Shown: in pieces, positions 50,101 through 63,851 of the stretch | Layout: each line of letters starts with the position of its first letter | Numbering within the stretch: the first letter of the stretch is position 1 | Source: Azolla caroliniana | Taxonomy: Eukaryota; Plantae; Polypodiophyta | Length of the DNA stretch: 64,000 bases | Assembly (NCBI GenBank): GCA_043228905.1 | Contig: JBHGNT010000020.1 | Coordinates: 14,632,001 to 14,696,000 of the forward strand | Direction: 5' to 3' | The notes under the pieces: model-generated | What the model saw: only the letters and a program-made list of their open reading frames with translations | The model's database searches: none | Told to the model about the DNA's origin: nothing | Program-made: the position numbers and the translations under genes

Positions 50101-52100
50101 AAGGATGCGCACGTTATCCGTGATGGCCTGGCAACGGTTGCGTGCGTCTTCCATCGACTTCTAGAGATTTGCGATTTCCTGTTGTTTAACGGTTGCCGCT
50201 TCCTCATACGTGGCCTTGAGGCCCGCCCACAACTGGGATTCCTTTGCATGTTGTTCTTCTAATTTCACCATTTCATTGTTTAGGCGGATTTCGAGTTGAT
50301 GCCTTCTGTCTTGTTCGACCACAAACTGCTCATCGAACCATACCTTCTTTTTTTCTAATAAGGCCCAAAGTCCTGCTATTGTCGCCTCCGATTTCTTCCC
50401 GTCCTCTTGTAATTGGGCGTTTTCGTCTTTTGTCCGGATGTGCTGAGCTACCTTCGTAGCTAGTTTCTCTTCAAGAGTTTTTACGGCCTTCCGTCCGTTA
50501 GCCCGTATCTCATTTTCTCTGTCGGAGGATTGGCGTAGTTCTGCTCGAAGACGGTCAATTTCGGATTCCGCTAGCTACACGACCCTTTTTGCTTTTGAGG
50601 CGATGATGGTCTAAGCCTCGATTTCTTCTTTTAGAGCGTCGATGACGTGGTTCGGTGGCGGGGTTGCGTGTTGCGCCGTAGTCGCGTGAGCTTCCAACTC
50701 CGCGATGCGTGCATTGGCTTTTTGTAGTTCGGCTTCGGTCAATTTAACCTTCTTCCAGACATTCTTATTTTTTATGGTCATCTCCTTGGCACCCGTGCTA
50801 ACCTTTGCCAGTTCCCAATGGACTTCGACTAGGGCCGTGTTTAAGGGTGGTATCTCCATCCCTACTCGCCGTACCCCGGCGTTCCTCTGTCTGCCGACCT
50901 TGGCTAGCCGGTCCTCATCGTCGCTCTTCGTTGTTTGTCTTAGGGCGCTCTCGATCATCTGACGTTCCGCATGCTCCTCGGCCATTCGTTGGGCGGCTTT
51001 GACCTGTTGTGTTGCCAAGAACTCCATGAGCTCAAAAGAGGTATCGAACTACAAGAGAGGGCGCTGAATTCGTGGGCCGTATCCGGGATATCCGGATCAA
51101 AACCTCGCTTTCCGCCGTCAATACGGCTTTCCCTCGTTGGGACTGAGTCGTAATAATCGATCACGGCTCCCGGATGATTTCGAAGGTGGTATTCGGTTTT
51201 GCTGTTGCGGAGCCTTCGCCTTCGGTCGGTGCCTCCGGTGCCGTGGGGGCGTTTTTTACCAACCCCCGCCCATCTTTCCTGTCCAATCTGCGCCGTTTTG
51301 GTCTAGGGCTTTCCCGCCGTGTTTCGGTGTCTAGTTCTGGGGTTGCGTCCATGGAGCGTCTCGGTTGTTCCTCCTGCGTCACTCGTGTGTCCGGCTGGTC
51401 GGTAGGAGGTGTTGTCTTTGGGTTTGGTTGGGCCGGTTGGGGTTCCTCCTCCCACTTTGGGGCCGATAACTCCGCTAACCTGCGTTTCGCGGATCGGGGC
51501 GAGGCCGTGGGTTGGCTGGGCTGCGGTGCTGGCAGGCCTCGGGATGGAAACAGTACCATAAGGTATTGTTGGATGATTGGCCTGAGCTTTTTGCCTGCTT
51601 GGTACGCATGCAAGCCTTCTCTTAATGTCGGCCCTGTGATGACCCCCAGTCGACTGCACGCCCTTCAAAGGTGTCGATAATGATGCCCGGCTTTTGCTTA
51701 GGCATCCCGTATGCGTTGACATGGACATAGCCGACTTCTAGTAGGAACTTGGCAACTTCACGGAAGAAGGGATCCGGAATCTGTTTTGTTCTATTGGCCT
51801 TTGTGGAGGATGAATATGGTCCAAAATACCGCTGCAGCGCCTCTAGAGGAGGTATTTCGAAATGTCTTTCGCCTAGTGAGGATAGGTCCAACTTCTTCCG
51901 AATGGAAGAGTTGGTGACCGTGTCTATGTTAAGCTTCCTGGCGATGTTCATGGCGTCCGGGTGCGGATGTGCTTTTGCGACCCAGATGTAGCCATCCGGG
52001 CGTTTCTTTACGAGCCATCGGCGTAGGGCAGTAGAGATGAAAATCGGAATCGCCAGAGTAGGTTCATGGGGAGGAGATGGGAGGTTGTGGTGGGTTGGAG
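50101..52100 (-). pseudogene. B2 extra 3' ORF (continues at 42749-42030 across the TIR insertion)
   Basis: ORFs 51622..51951, 51161..51613, 50611..51027 and 41973..42716 are collinear with the B1 copy. Confidence 0.75.
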
Positions 52101-52361
52101 CTCTGAGATAGGATGGGGAAGAAGGTCAGGAGGACGAGCGATGGGAGCGCTGATAGCTAGAAGATGGGTTTTTGCTTTGTGCAGAAAATCTTTTGTTTCC
52201 TTCTTTTTGTGGCTTAGGGTTCATTGGGCGGTGAGCCATCGTGGTGCCGCGTGTTCTTGAACTAGGAGTTTGTGCATGCCTTTAGTCGTTTTAATAGTCG
52301 CTATCTTCTCTTTCTTTCTTTTTCTGTAACGGTTATTATAGTACAAATGGGGCTGTCCATT

Positions 52362-55300
52362 TTACGCTGCAAGTTCTCCGGCTTTGTCCCGTTCGGCGAT
52401 GAATGGGTTAGGTGGCGTAGGGCCCAGGTAAGGTTTGAGCCGAAACCCGTTCACTTTTTGCCGTACTATTTCTCCAGCCAGTGTTCCTAGTTGGAACGTG
52501 CCCTGTTCCGCTCCAATTATCCAGTATGGGCCGGTCCAGCGGAAACATAACTTCCCAGGCATATGGCCCATGCGCGTTTGAAAAACTAGCACCGCTCGGC
52601 CCACGACGAACTCTTTTTCCCTTGCGCTCTGATGTCGATCGACAAACGCTTTATGCCATCGCTGTTCTTGTTCCAACACAGCCATGCTGTGGACGCGTTT
52701 TTCCCCTAGTTCGAGGACTTGGTAGAGCCATTCGTCCTCCGACTTGGCTTCTGATAATCGATTCTGTACTTGAATGCGCAAACTAGGCACCCGAAATTCG
52801 GCTGGCATCACAGTCTCTAGTCCAAACGCTAGCTGGAACGGTGTTGACTGTATGCTTGTTTTGTAACTAGTTTTGTACGCCCACAACGCACTCTGGAGTT
52901 TGGTATCCCAGTCCGTTCTATTTTCATTGACGGTTTTCTTCAAAATGGTCTGTAATGTTTTGTTCGTGGATTCTGCTAATCCATTCACCTGTGGGTAATA
53001 TGGCATGCTCTTCTTGTGGACTACTGCGTAATGTTGTGTTAGTTCCCGAACCAACGTATTGAGGAAGTGGCTCCCCTGGTCACTGATGAGCTCAATCGGA
53101 CAGCCGAACCGGCACCAAATGTGCTCGTAAAGAAATTTGGCTGTGACGGCCACCGTATTTTCACGTAGTGCCTTTGCTTCTACCCATTTGGTGCAGTAAT
53201 CTGTGGCTACCAATATGTATTTGTTGCCTGTACGGGCCGCTGCTGGTGTGAAGGGCCCTACAAAATCCTATCCCCACTTTTGGAAGCGGTCTAGCGGTAA
53301 TATGGGCTGGTGTGGCATCCTTGCGTCCTCTGCGGGCTGACCCATACGCTGGCACACATCACACTTGCTACAATATTCGGATGTGTCCTTCTGCATTGTT
53401 GGCCACCATAAGCCCGCCTGCCATACTTTGCGGGCTGTCACGTCGCCCGCGTAATGGCCGCCGGCCGTGCCGCAGTATGCCTCCCGTAAAACTGCTTCCT
53501 TCTCATCCTTACGAACTCCACGTCGCCAAATGCTGTCACTTCCTTTGTGATTTAAATTTCCTTCAACGAGGAAGAAGTGACAGCTTCAGACGGCTAGTCG
53601 TTTCTTCTCGTCCGTGCGTAATTGTGGTGGAGGCAGTCCTGTAGTTAAAAAGTATGTCATTTCCATAAGCCATCGGTCCGGAAAGGTGGATTCCGTTTTT
53701 TCTGCAAGTGTCGCTACTCGCCAAATGTCGGCGTCCGGAAAATCGTTGTCGTCTTTCTGTATTATTTCTCCATTCTCAGGTCTGCTCAAAAAATCTGCCA
53801 CTATGTGTTGCGTCCCTGGTCGGTGCTGAATTATGAACTCGAATTCCTGGCGCAGCAGCATCCACTGCGCCAATTTCCCTGTCAAGGCTTGTTTCTCCAC
53901 CAAATACAATAATGCCGAATGATCCACGTGGAACGTGAATTTCCGTCCTAATAAATAGTGTCGGAATTTATTGATGCTATAGATCATCCCTAGCGCCTCC
54001 CGCTCTGTTGTGGAATAGCTACGCTCTGCTGTTGACAATTTACGACTTGCGTAGTATACTGGCTTGTACCAGTTTGGTTCGGTGAGTTGCATTAGCGCGC
54101 TTCCTATTGCTATGTCCGAGGCGTCGACGAACACGTGGAATGGCTTCGCCCAAACTAGAGGTTGTACGACGGGGGCCTGTGTGAGCATATCTTAAGTGCC
54201 TCATAGGCCTTATCCTCTGTTGCAGTCCATTGGAAGGGAGTCTGATGTACGGCAGCAGTAGTGGCGTGGCGAAGTCCGCCAAATACCGTATCATCCGACT
54301 ATGCCACCGTATTTGTCCCAAAAATCGGCTAAGTGATTTGGCATTTGTCGGAGTTTTAGCTTGCATAATCGCGGAGATCTTGTTTGGGTCGACCGCTATT
54401 CCTTCTTTGCTGACTATGTGGCCTAGGAGAGTCCCGATGGTCACGCCGAAGGCACATTTAGCAGGATTCAGGCTTAAGCGTGCGGTGCGGCAACGTTCCA
54501 GGCACAGACGCAAGTGCGAAAAATGGTCTTTTGTTTGCCCATATACCGCAAAATCGTCTAGAAAGACTTGCATGAACGCCGGAATGTATTCCCTAAAGAT
54601 CTCCGTAATCGTTCGTTCAAATGTTGCTGGCGTTGTCTTTAGCCCGAACATCATGACGACTGCCACCTATACTCCCCAGTCCGTGACAAACGCCGTCTTC
54701 TCCTGGTCCTCGGGGTGCATGCATACTTGGTTATAGCCACTGAAGCCATCTAAGAAACTGTACATCTCATGGCCTGCGACGGCATCCAACACGCTATCGG
54801 TAAAGGGTAAGGGAAATGCGTCCGTAATGGTTACGGCGTTTAATTTTCGGTAATCTACGCATACCCGTATTTTGCCGTTTTTCTTTGGGATAACCACTAT
54901 TGGGCTTAGCGATGTTGCTTGTTTAATTGGCCGTATGAACCCCGCCCTCAGGAGTTTGTCAATTTCTTCTTTCATGCGGGTCGCGTAATTGGGGTTCATG
55001 CGGTAGCGGCGTTGCTGGACAGGTTTCGCGTCAGTTGCTAAATTGATCTTATGTTGATAGAACTTGGGATCTAACCCCTTCATGTCCTCGTGAGGCCAAG
55101 CGAACACATCTTTATATTCTGTGAGTAGTGCGATCATTGTGATTCTCTGGTCCGGCCTTAATTCCTTTGCGATGGAGAGGAATCGGGGCTCCGATTCCGT
55201 ACCCACATTCACTTCTTCGAGAGCGGAAGCGGTGACTCGTCGTGAAATCTCCATTTCCCTTTCGAATGCCGCCCGTGCTTTGCTGAGTTCCAATATGGAC

Positions 55301-57479
55301 TCTGGGTTCGGTTCGTACGGCTCTTCGTGCGGATTAGTGGTCGTAGTATATTCGGCCGCAGTTTCGATGACATCTATTTCGAACAGTGGAATAATCCGAG
55401 GATGTTCGTCAAGGTACGCTTCCAATTCGGCATCCTCCACCCGAGCCAACATATATATGTCTTCCGCGTATAACGATGTTATACCCTTAGGTTGTGGCGT
55501 GCTGCCTTCCGTAGGTACGCGAACCTTGGTGCTTCCATGCCGGAAACTGATACACTCGTGTTGCCAGCTCTGCTTGATATTTGCTGTCCGAAGCCATGGT
55601 CTGCCCAGAAGCACTGGGTACACTCCTCGGGCGTCCAAAGCGAGGACGACCGCCGATATGTCGAAGCGGTGTCTGCCCACGATGATGCCTATTTTGCGAA
55701 TTAACCCCAACGGTCGCACTGAGCGGGTATCTGCCATGAGGAGCCAGAATGGACACGCCTCCCATTCGGAAATGCCTAACTGTTCGCATGTTTTCACACT
55801 AATCACATTGACGCCTGAGCTGCCGTCGATTACGCATCCAGGAACTTCCTGTCCGTGCAATATTACTGCAATAGCCGGGTTGTGTTGATCCACCACCGGT
55901 GGTCCATCGCTGACGTCTGTCAGTTTTGTGGCAATGCTTGCCCCGGACATGCCCGCCAACTGTGCTTCCATGGTCTGGCGAAAACGTGGAAGTAGCTGTA
56001 ACAGTTTTTCTCCATAGTTAACTTAATTTCAGAGCCTGCTAACACCTGCCAAATGGGGTTTGGCCCCGGTCTTTCGTTCTCTGTTCGCTCCATTGTGTTC
56101 GTGGACTCCTGTCGCATACGTTCCGTATTGGTCGCGTTTGCTTTTTCCACCCAGGCTTGGGCTTGTTGTCGTACCTCGTCCTGCGCAGCCCAATCCGCCG
56201 TTTTTGTTTGTTGACGTGTTGTGACTTGTTGCACCTCCGCCGTAATCGTATTGACGGCGGGCCCCTTTCCCTTGCGTGTTGGGCATTGCATGGCATAGTG
56301 TCCGGGTTGCTGAAAAATAAAACAATGGATGCTGGATTCTCCCTTCTTAGCCCCAGGTGGTGTGTGCCGCTCTCCGGGCGCTACTTGCTCTCCACGGTCT
56401 GGCCTCATTTGTCGGAACGTACACGGTGGCTGTTGTTGGTCCCGTCGTTGTTCCTGGTGCTGCTCATCCCCCGAGCTTTCGTCGTAACGCCGTTGATCCC
56501 TATATTGCCGAGGCTTACCTCGATAGCCATTGAAGCCGCCCCATTTGTTAGTCGTGCGTTGATGTTCGTAGCGCTGACCCCCTTTGGCGTAACTCGGATG
56601 TCCACGATAATCCTCGTCCTCTAGGTCATCCTCCTCGGACTCGTTGTGATTCCGGCGATTCCACCGGTCCTCCCGCGGGTTGCGATCCTTATACCGGGGT
56701 CAGTCTTCTTGCCTCCTTTGTTCCGCCCAGTGCAGTTGACGTTGTGTGTCCATGCTGCGGACCGCAGGAGTGGCTCTGTTTAACATATTGTACTCGCATT
56801 GGTCGACTGTGTGAACCTTCGAGTGGCAGATTGGGATGTGGATTCGCATATTGCACTCCACCGCGGAATGCCCCGAGTTCAAGCAAATCGTGCACTGGAT
56901 TGCTTGACGAAATTCGCGTTCCTCATCCTGAGGTAACGCTTGTCGTAAGGATGACATCGAAAACCTCTCGTCCTCGTCATCCAACTCGAGCTGTAACGCT
57001 CGTTCAATCACCATATTCTCCGTTTCCCCTTTCACGCTATTGTTGTTGAGCGTTGCCCGGATGGGCCGGCATAACACTGCCAGAAATGTCTCCCGAGCCT
57101 CCTCCTCCGCGGGGCTTCGTTCCAGTTTCCATCGTAAATTTTGGAAACATAAGCTGAAGTCTGCTATCGTCTCGGTCGGTAGTTGCTTAATTGCATAAAA
57201 CTGCCCGAGAATCTCGCGTTGTGGAACCCTCCGATGGAAGAATCGCAAGAAAGCGGACTGCAGCTGATCGAAGGTTGTTATGGCTGGTAAGTCCATCTGT
57301 GAATGCCGGAATGCTGCACGCCCATCTAATGTTAATCCGAACTCCGTCATTTTCGACTGGTGTGCCACCATCTCGGAGAGATTCTGCGCCATGTGGTTCG
57401 CATTCCAAACATTTAGGAACATGCGAATATGAGTTGCGGCGTTGGTTTCGTCGTTAAAGCGGGGGTAGGCAAAGGCCAT
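52362..57479 (-). pseudogene. B2 gag-pol (gag, protease, RT, RNase H, integrase), frameshifted
   Basis: CTICLNSGHSAVEC, CVIDGSSGVN, VCVDYRKLN..FLDGFSGYNQ, FLDDF, VDASDIAIG, ISDQGSHF, WTGPY. No chromodomain. Confidence 0.93.
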
Positions 57480-58714
57480 AGTGGAAGCTACGGCGGATCG
57501 GAAAAGGTCACAGGGTGGCTGCGGTGAGCGTGGTCCCTGCGTCTCGTCGAGGTATTTGGGGAGCTAAGAATCCCCTTTGCACTCCCGGCAGGTAGTACTG
57601 AGGTTGGTGATGCGCGGCTTTTGCCAGGCGTGTTCTTCTGCCTGGCGTGTGACGGACCTTATTATTGGCCGGTCTTGTCTGGTTGGTTCTCTGGGTCGTC
57701 TGCGGCTAAACATCCATTCGTTGTTGCTCGTCTGTGAGGAAACACAGATCACCAAGCGTGCCAAAAGTGTTGTCGTTTAGGAACACGGTCTGTGGTCAGT
57801 CCTTCGACCTAGACCTCAAGGTGGGTGTGGAACAACGAACAGTCTTTTGAGCGTAATGCGTAAGGGGAGAACCCCTGTAATCCCTCTGCGTATAAGGGAA
57901 GACGGCTACAACCGAATCCCACGTACTACTACGCTTAAGTATCCGAGACACCGACACTGAATTAGCCGCAGCTATACACAGAAAATCAGAGAAGATAGAA
58001 TTCTATTATCAGGCATTCTTTACATTTCCCCAATATTACACGCACCTCCATAAGAGGTTTTTTGCCCTTTATATATGCAGGGTCTAATTAGTCGTTCACA
58101 CTTCCTGCGTGAACCGTTACATGCGTTATGCTCTTATATAGTTTCTTATTCCTACGCTTTTGTCCGTCGGTTACTATTCCGGCGGACAACATCTGCGGCT
58201 AAACATCCATTCGTCGTTATTCGTCTGTGGGAAGACACAGATCACCAAGCGTGCCAAAAGTGTTACCGATTAGGAACACGGTCTATGGTGAGTCCTTTGA
58301 TCTAGACCTCAAGTGACCGTGTGACAACGAATGGTAGCATCTGTGCGTAATACTTATTGGGATACCTCCCGTAACCTAGCCGCATATAAGGGAGACGGCT
58401 ACAACTGAGCTCCTTAGACAGTCGGCTAGCGCACACACCGTAACTCATGCCTACGCTTTTAAGGATTACAGACACACAATAGACTAACCATAGATAGGCA
58501 CAGATATCAGAGAAGATAGAACTCTATTAAGATACGCCTTTTACATTCAAAATTACATGCTACCTCTATCAGAGGTTTTCTGCCCTTTATATACGCAGGG
58601 TCTTTTAGCTGTTCACGCTTCCCGCATGAACTGTTTACATGCGTTACAATATTATTCTATTCCATATTACTGTGCTCTTGTCCATTGGTTACTATAACGG
58701 TGAACAACACGAAT

Positions 58715-61700
58715 TACTAATGACAAGGACTAGGTCATACCCACATACACCTCGGTTGCAGCAAAACCATTTGCAAGGGAATCATACAATGCATCTCCGG
58801 CAAATACTCCAACACCGACGGAAATCGGCACCACACGTGGTCGTGGACCATTGTCGGAAGAACAAAACAAAGATGCTGAGCAAATGGATTATGTCTTTAT
58901 TGTGGGGTACCTGGGCATATCGTAGTAAACTGTCCACATAGGCTAGGAAGACAAGTAAATAAAATAGTAGCTTGTACTAAAGCAGAGTCTATTTCATTAA
59001 GAGTTTCTAATAGTCCTAATAGTACTAATAGCCCAAGTCTATCAAATAAATTTGAAGCCCTTACTCAATTAGAAGAAGATTTAAATGATTATGTCCAGCC
59101 AAAATAGGTGTCGTTTAGTTGGACAACCCTAGATCTGTGCAATCCATTAGTGGTTCCATTCCCTTTAAGCAAGTTAGCAATGTGTTCTTAGCGCAAGCAG
59201 TACATGTCTTAGCAGTTTTAGATTCTGAAGCCAAATCTTGTTTCATGGATAGGAATTTTGCCCAAGTTTATTAGATATCCTTAAGAAAACTTTCTTGCCC
59301 AGCATCTATAGTAGTCATTAATGGTTGTCCCACTACTTCCGGAAATATCGTAGAAGAGTGAGAGTTGTTTCAGGTTGTTCTAGATAATTTGATGTGTAGT
59401 ATCATTTAATATAATTAGTAGTCCAAATCATCCACTTATCTTGGGGTTACCATGGTTCGAATCACATAACCTAGACATAGATTGGAGAGCAAGGGAAATT
59501 TGATACCGACAAACCCAAGGATCTACTCATAGAATTGCAACCATTTCGCTACATCAATTGCGTGAAGAAGGACGTAAGGTATCAATGTTTGTCTTCGCAA
59601 TATCAATAAAACCTTCCAACACCACTAAAGAGGAGTCCATAGTTTAACTTCCAGAGAAGTATCATCATTATGCCGATGTGTTCGATAAGGTACAAGCCAA
59701 TACCCTTCCTCACCATCGATCGTGTGATTGCCCCTTTGATTTGCAACTGGCAAAAGAGCCACTAGAGGAATACATAGTTCAACTTCCAAAGGAGTATCAT
59801 CATTATGCCGATGTGTTTGATAAGGTACAAACCAATACTCTTCCTCACCATCGATCGTATGATTGTCCCATTGATTTACAACCAGGAAAAGAACCACCAT
59901 GGGGACCGATCTACAACTTGTCACCAATCGAGCTAGAAGTCCTTAGAGACTACATAGAGGAGAATTTGGCAAACAGGTTCATTCGACATTCAAAATATCC
60001 AACCGACGGACCCATTTTCTTTGTCAAGATAAAGGATGGATCACTTCATCTCGTTATGGATTACCGTGGCTTGAATAAGGTCACCATTAGGAATAGGTAT
60101 GCACTTCCCCTTATCTCGAGACTTTTGGAATAGATTAATCGTGCAAAGTTCTTCACAAAGATCGACTTATGAGGAGCATATAACCTCGTATGCATCCGAT
60201 CAGGAGATGAATGGAGGACCGCCGCACCAATATGGGCATTCAAGTATACGGTTATGCCATTCGGTCTCACCAATGCGCCGACAGTCTTCCAACACATGGT
60301 AAATGATATATTTTGAGATCTCTTCGATAGTTGTTTGATATTCTATTTGGATGATCTACTAGTTTATTCGAAGAGTCAAGAAGAGCATGATTCTCATGTA
60401 CTATTGGTACTAAAACGACTTCGAGAACATGGTCTTTATGCAAAACTGGAAAAATGTAGTTTTGATTCCAACCAGGTGGAATTTCTATGCTATCTCATCT
60501 CCTTGGAAGGCATCTCTATGGATCCAGCTTAGGTCAAAACTGTGTTAGAGTGGCAGACTCCATGTTCGTTGCAAGATGTGCAATGTTTTTTAGGCTTTGC
60601 GAATTTCTACCACAATTTTATATAGGATTACACAAAGCTTATTTTGCCTCTCACACATCTTACCAAGAAGGGGCAGTCATTTGTTTGTTCTAAGGAAGCG
60701 GACACTACTTTTTGAGTCTTAAGAAAGCCTTTACATCAGCTCCTATTCTAGCTCATGTTGATTCAAAAAGTCATTCATCATGGATGCCGACGTGTCGGAT
60801 TTTGCCCTTGGTAGCATTCTGTCACAACAAGGTGATGATGGAAGGCTACATCCCGTGAATCAAGTACGAGATACATGACAAGAAACTATTAGCAATAATG
60901 GACTCTTTTACACAATGGAGGCATTTTTTAGAGGGATCTTCTCATCATGTCGCCGTATTCAGTGATCACAAAAGACTTGCCTACTTCCAGAATGCTCGTG
61001 TATTAAATTGACATCACGCTCAGTGGGCCCAATTACTCACTTGTTTCGACTTCAAAATTACATACCGTCCTACGAAGCAGCAAGGGAAGGCAGATGTGTT
61101 ATCGCGGTGCTCGTATCTAGCACCTCATCCTAGTGATCCAACATTGGATAATCAAAAACAAGTAATCCTGGGACTGGCATGACTGCAAGCAGCGTGGGTT
61201 TTTGACACGCCATTGGATTCCCACATTATCGATACCATACATGAAGACTTGAAGACAGACACTTTCGCTCAAGCCATTCTAACACAAATTGATCCGTCTC
61301 AAGCATCTTCTTCACATTCAGAACAACCAGGTATGAACTATCGACAATTTGAATGTCGTGATGGATTATTATTCTTTAAGAAGCTCTTGTATGTTCCTAA
61401 TAATTCTTATCGCCTTCGAGTAGTCCAAAATTTTCCTGACACATATATAGCTAGGCATTTTTGTGGTACTAAAACATTGGATTTAGTACAACAATCATTC
61501 TAGTGGACTCATATGCGGTGATTTATCGAAGACTACGTTTGGACATGTGATACATGTTGCAGAGAAGAGATGCCAAGACATCATCCATATGGTTTATTGG
61601 AACCATTACCAATTCCAAGCAAGCCGTGGCAATCCATTTCTCTAGATTTCATCACAAACCGTCGAGTTTCAAAGGGATTCGATGCGATCTTAACTGTAGT

Positions 61701-62085
61701 AGATCGATATACTAAGATGGCACATTTCCTACTTTGTACTAAGGAAATCACTGGTGAAGAAACAGCTGAAATTGTCATATGTGAGGTATTCCAGCATCAT
61801 GGTCTCCCAGATAGTATCTGAGTGACCGTGTACCCAATTCATCTTGAAATCGTGGAAGCATCTCTTCAAAATGCTCAAGGTCACTTGTAACCTCTCCTCC
61901 AACAATCACCCTCAAACAGATGGATGTCAAGTAGAACGAACAAATCAAACGTTGGAACAGTATCTTCGGTGTTTTCTAAGCTATCAAGAAGATGATTGGC
62001 AGAGATTCTCTAGTTTGCCAAATTTGTGTATAATAACTCTATCCACACATCGACTAGGGTTACACCATTTTATGCTTATATAGGC
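58715..62085 (+). pseudogene. Remainder of the Tcn1-like element (gag end, protease, RT, RNase H, integrase), degenerate
   Basis: IDLQPGKEPPWGPIYNLS..DYRGLNKVTIRNRYALPLI, YLDDLL, WQSISLDFIT, HPQTDG..ERTNQTLEQYLR. Sequence rejoins the gag at 6164 once insertions are removed. Confidence 0.88.
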
Positions 62086-62964
62086 CAGTTTTCTTCACGA
62101 CAACGTAGTCTTCAATGAAGACTCTATCTTCTCCCAGAGGAACCAGCAGAGAGTTGTTGGTGAGAAGGTATCCTTCGAAGATGACAAAGCTGTTGTAGAA
62201 GGATCGACGCACCGGGCCGAATCGGAGATTCGATAAACAATCAAACTCCAACAAGCTGACAATCGAATTGGCAACAAGTCCCAACATCGAACTCAAAGAC
62301 AAAGTCATCAAAGACACACCCGAATTGACAAGGATCGATAAAGGCAGAGTCACCAAGAGACAAGTCAGAAAAGAGTCAACAACAACAACCACAGGGGAGG
62401 ACAATAGACACTGCACAAATCCCAAACCAGGGGAGGGACATCGAACAAGACTCCTGACACAACTAGTTCAACAAATACCAATCGTCAAACTGAACCGATG
62501 AAGGATCCAAACCAAATATTACGGCCCCCAAGAGATCTGAACGAGCTCGACGGCATACAAAGTTCTATCAACCGAGCCTCGACTACGTCAACTACACGGA
62601 TGCAAGCGAACCAAGCATGTATGATGAAGGTATGGTTGCACCGGATGCCAAAACATGGCTACAAGCCATGAAATCTGAAATGGACTCGATTCATCAGAAT
62701 CAGACATGGGAGCTAGTCAAACTACCAGTAGGAAGAAAACCGCTACCTTGCAAATGATACAAGTATGTATCGGACTCAGAGAAACCCAAGTACAAAGCTT
62801 GGCTTGTCACAAAAGGATTGAAATAGGAATATGGGGTTGACTACGACGGGATATTCTCATTAGTAGTCAAGATGACCACCCTCCGACTCCTACTAGGGGT
62901 TGTGGTGACAAAAGACATAGAGCTCGAGGAGATGGATGTAAAGATACCATTCCTACACGGACGG
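62086..62964 (+). pseudogene. Ty1/copia integrase-RT linker and RT N-terminus fragment
   Basis: HDNVVFNED-like segment, WLQAMKSEMDSIHQNQTWELV, MDVKIPFLHG. Confidence 0.8.
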
Positions 62965-63851
62965 TGTCTTGGTATTCCGCGAGTACGTGTAGGATCTTAG
63001 GCGGGATCGTGGGGTTCTTGGACTAGGGAAACGGATGGTGGAGTCCTTAAGCTTTGTGGGCTTTGATTCAGGATCGGCTTCCGGCTCCAACGAATGTAGG
63101 GTTTCACGAAAATGGTCCACCACGATTATGGACTCGACTCAAATATGTTACAAGGAAGATAGATATACACTAACATAAATATATATTACAAGAGTCTTAC
63201 AACAAGACGATTACATGCCCTGAATCCAGTGGCTATTACATATCAATAGGCTAATACAACAACTGTTAATCCTTAGGGCCGGACAATGGCCTAACATAGG
63301 GTGTCTCCGGAAGACACTTCACCAAAGGGTGTTACGGCGAGATAACTTAAGACACAACGATTACTTCGACTTAATTAGCTACTTAGCAATAAGGCATACA
63401 CTTTAATATTTAGGGCCGGACAATGGCCTAACATAGGGTGTCTCCGGAAGACACTTCACCAAAGGGTGTTACGGCGAGATAACTTAAGACACAACGATTA
63501 CTTCGACTTAATTAGCTACTTAGCAATAAGGCATACACTTTAATACACGCATAAGATATAACAATTAATTCAGAACGGTAATCAATACGTGAAGATAAAA
63601 CAAGAAGCTTATATTAATTCTCCGTTAAAGTTATACATTGTAACCGACCTTTATATAGGTCACCGATGCTACATACAAAACGGTGCCAACCAGCCAGAAC
63701 CTGTTCGGAATCGGTCCGGATCCGAATCGGCATACCAATTCCGGTCCGTCCGTTCACTACATAATTATAATCTAATCTACTTAATTAAATATATTCCGAA
63801 TAACCATCTCTTTCACATTCTGGTCTTTGCTCCGTTGCCGGCCGGGTAACA
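62965..63851 (-). mobile_element. LTR of a further retrotransposon family extending beyond the window, with an internal 2 x 137-bp duplication (63273-63545)
   Basis: TGTC...TAACA termini; CCTATATAAAG on minus strand at about 63650; followed by TGGCACGCCCGTGGGGC. Confidence 0.7.

Larger units (their letters stand above)
41593..58191 (-). mobile_element. Athila/Tat-like gypsy element B2 inserted in the 5' leader of B1
   Basis: LTRs 41593-41990 and 57768-58191 (TGTTG(C/T)CGTTTAGG...GGACAACA); TSD TCTCC/TCTGC. Confidence 0.9.
11927..58709 (-). mobile_element. Athila/Tat-like (non-chromovirus) Ty3/gypsy element B1, host of multiple nested insertions
   Basis: 449-bp LTRs at 11927-12375 and 58261-58709 (TGTTACCG...ACAACA); TSD CCAAT/CGAAT; gag-PR-RT-RH-INT-extraORF fragments on minus strand. 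Confidence 0.88.

Noticed and set aside
54230-55888. Long plus-strand ORFs opposite pol (also 8126..8870 and 40264..40839)
   Set aside because: Antisense shadows of GC-rich retrotransposon coding sequence.
59623-59895. Novel repeated protein domain upstream of Tcn1 RT
   Set aside because: A simple ~138-bp tandem duplication in a degenerate pol.
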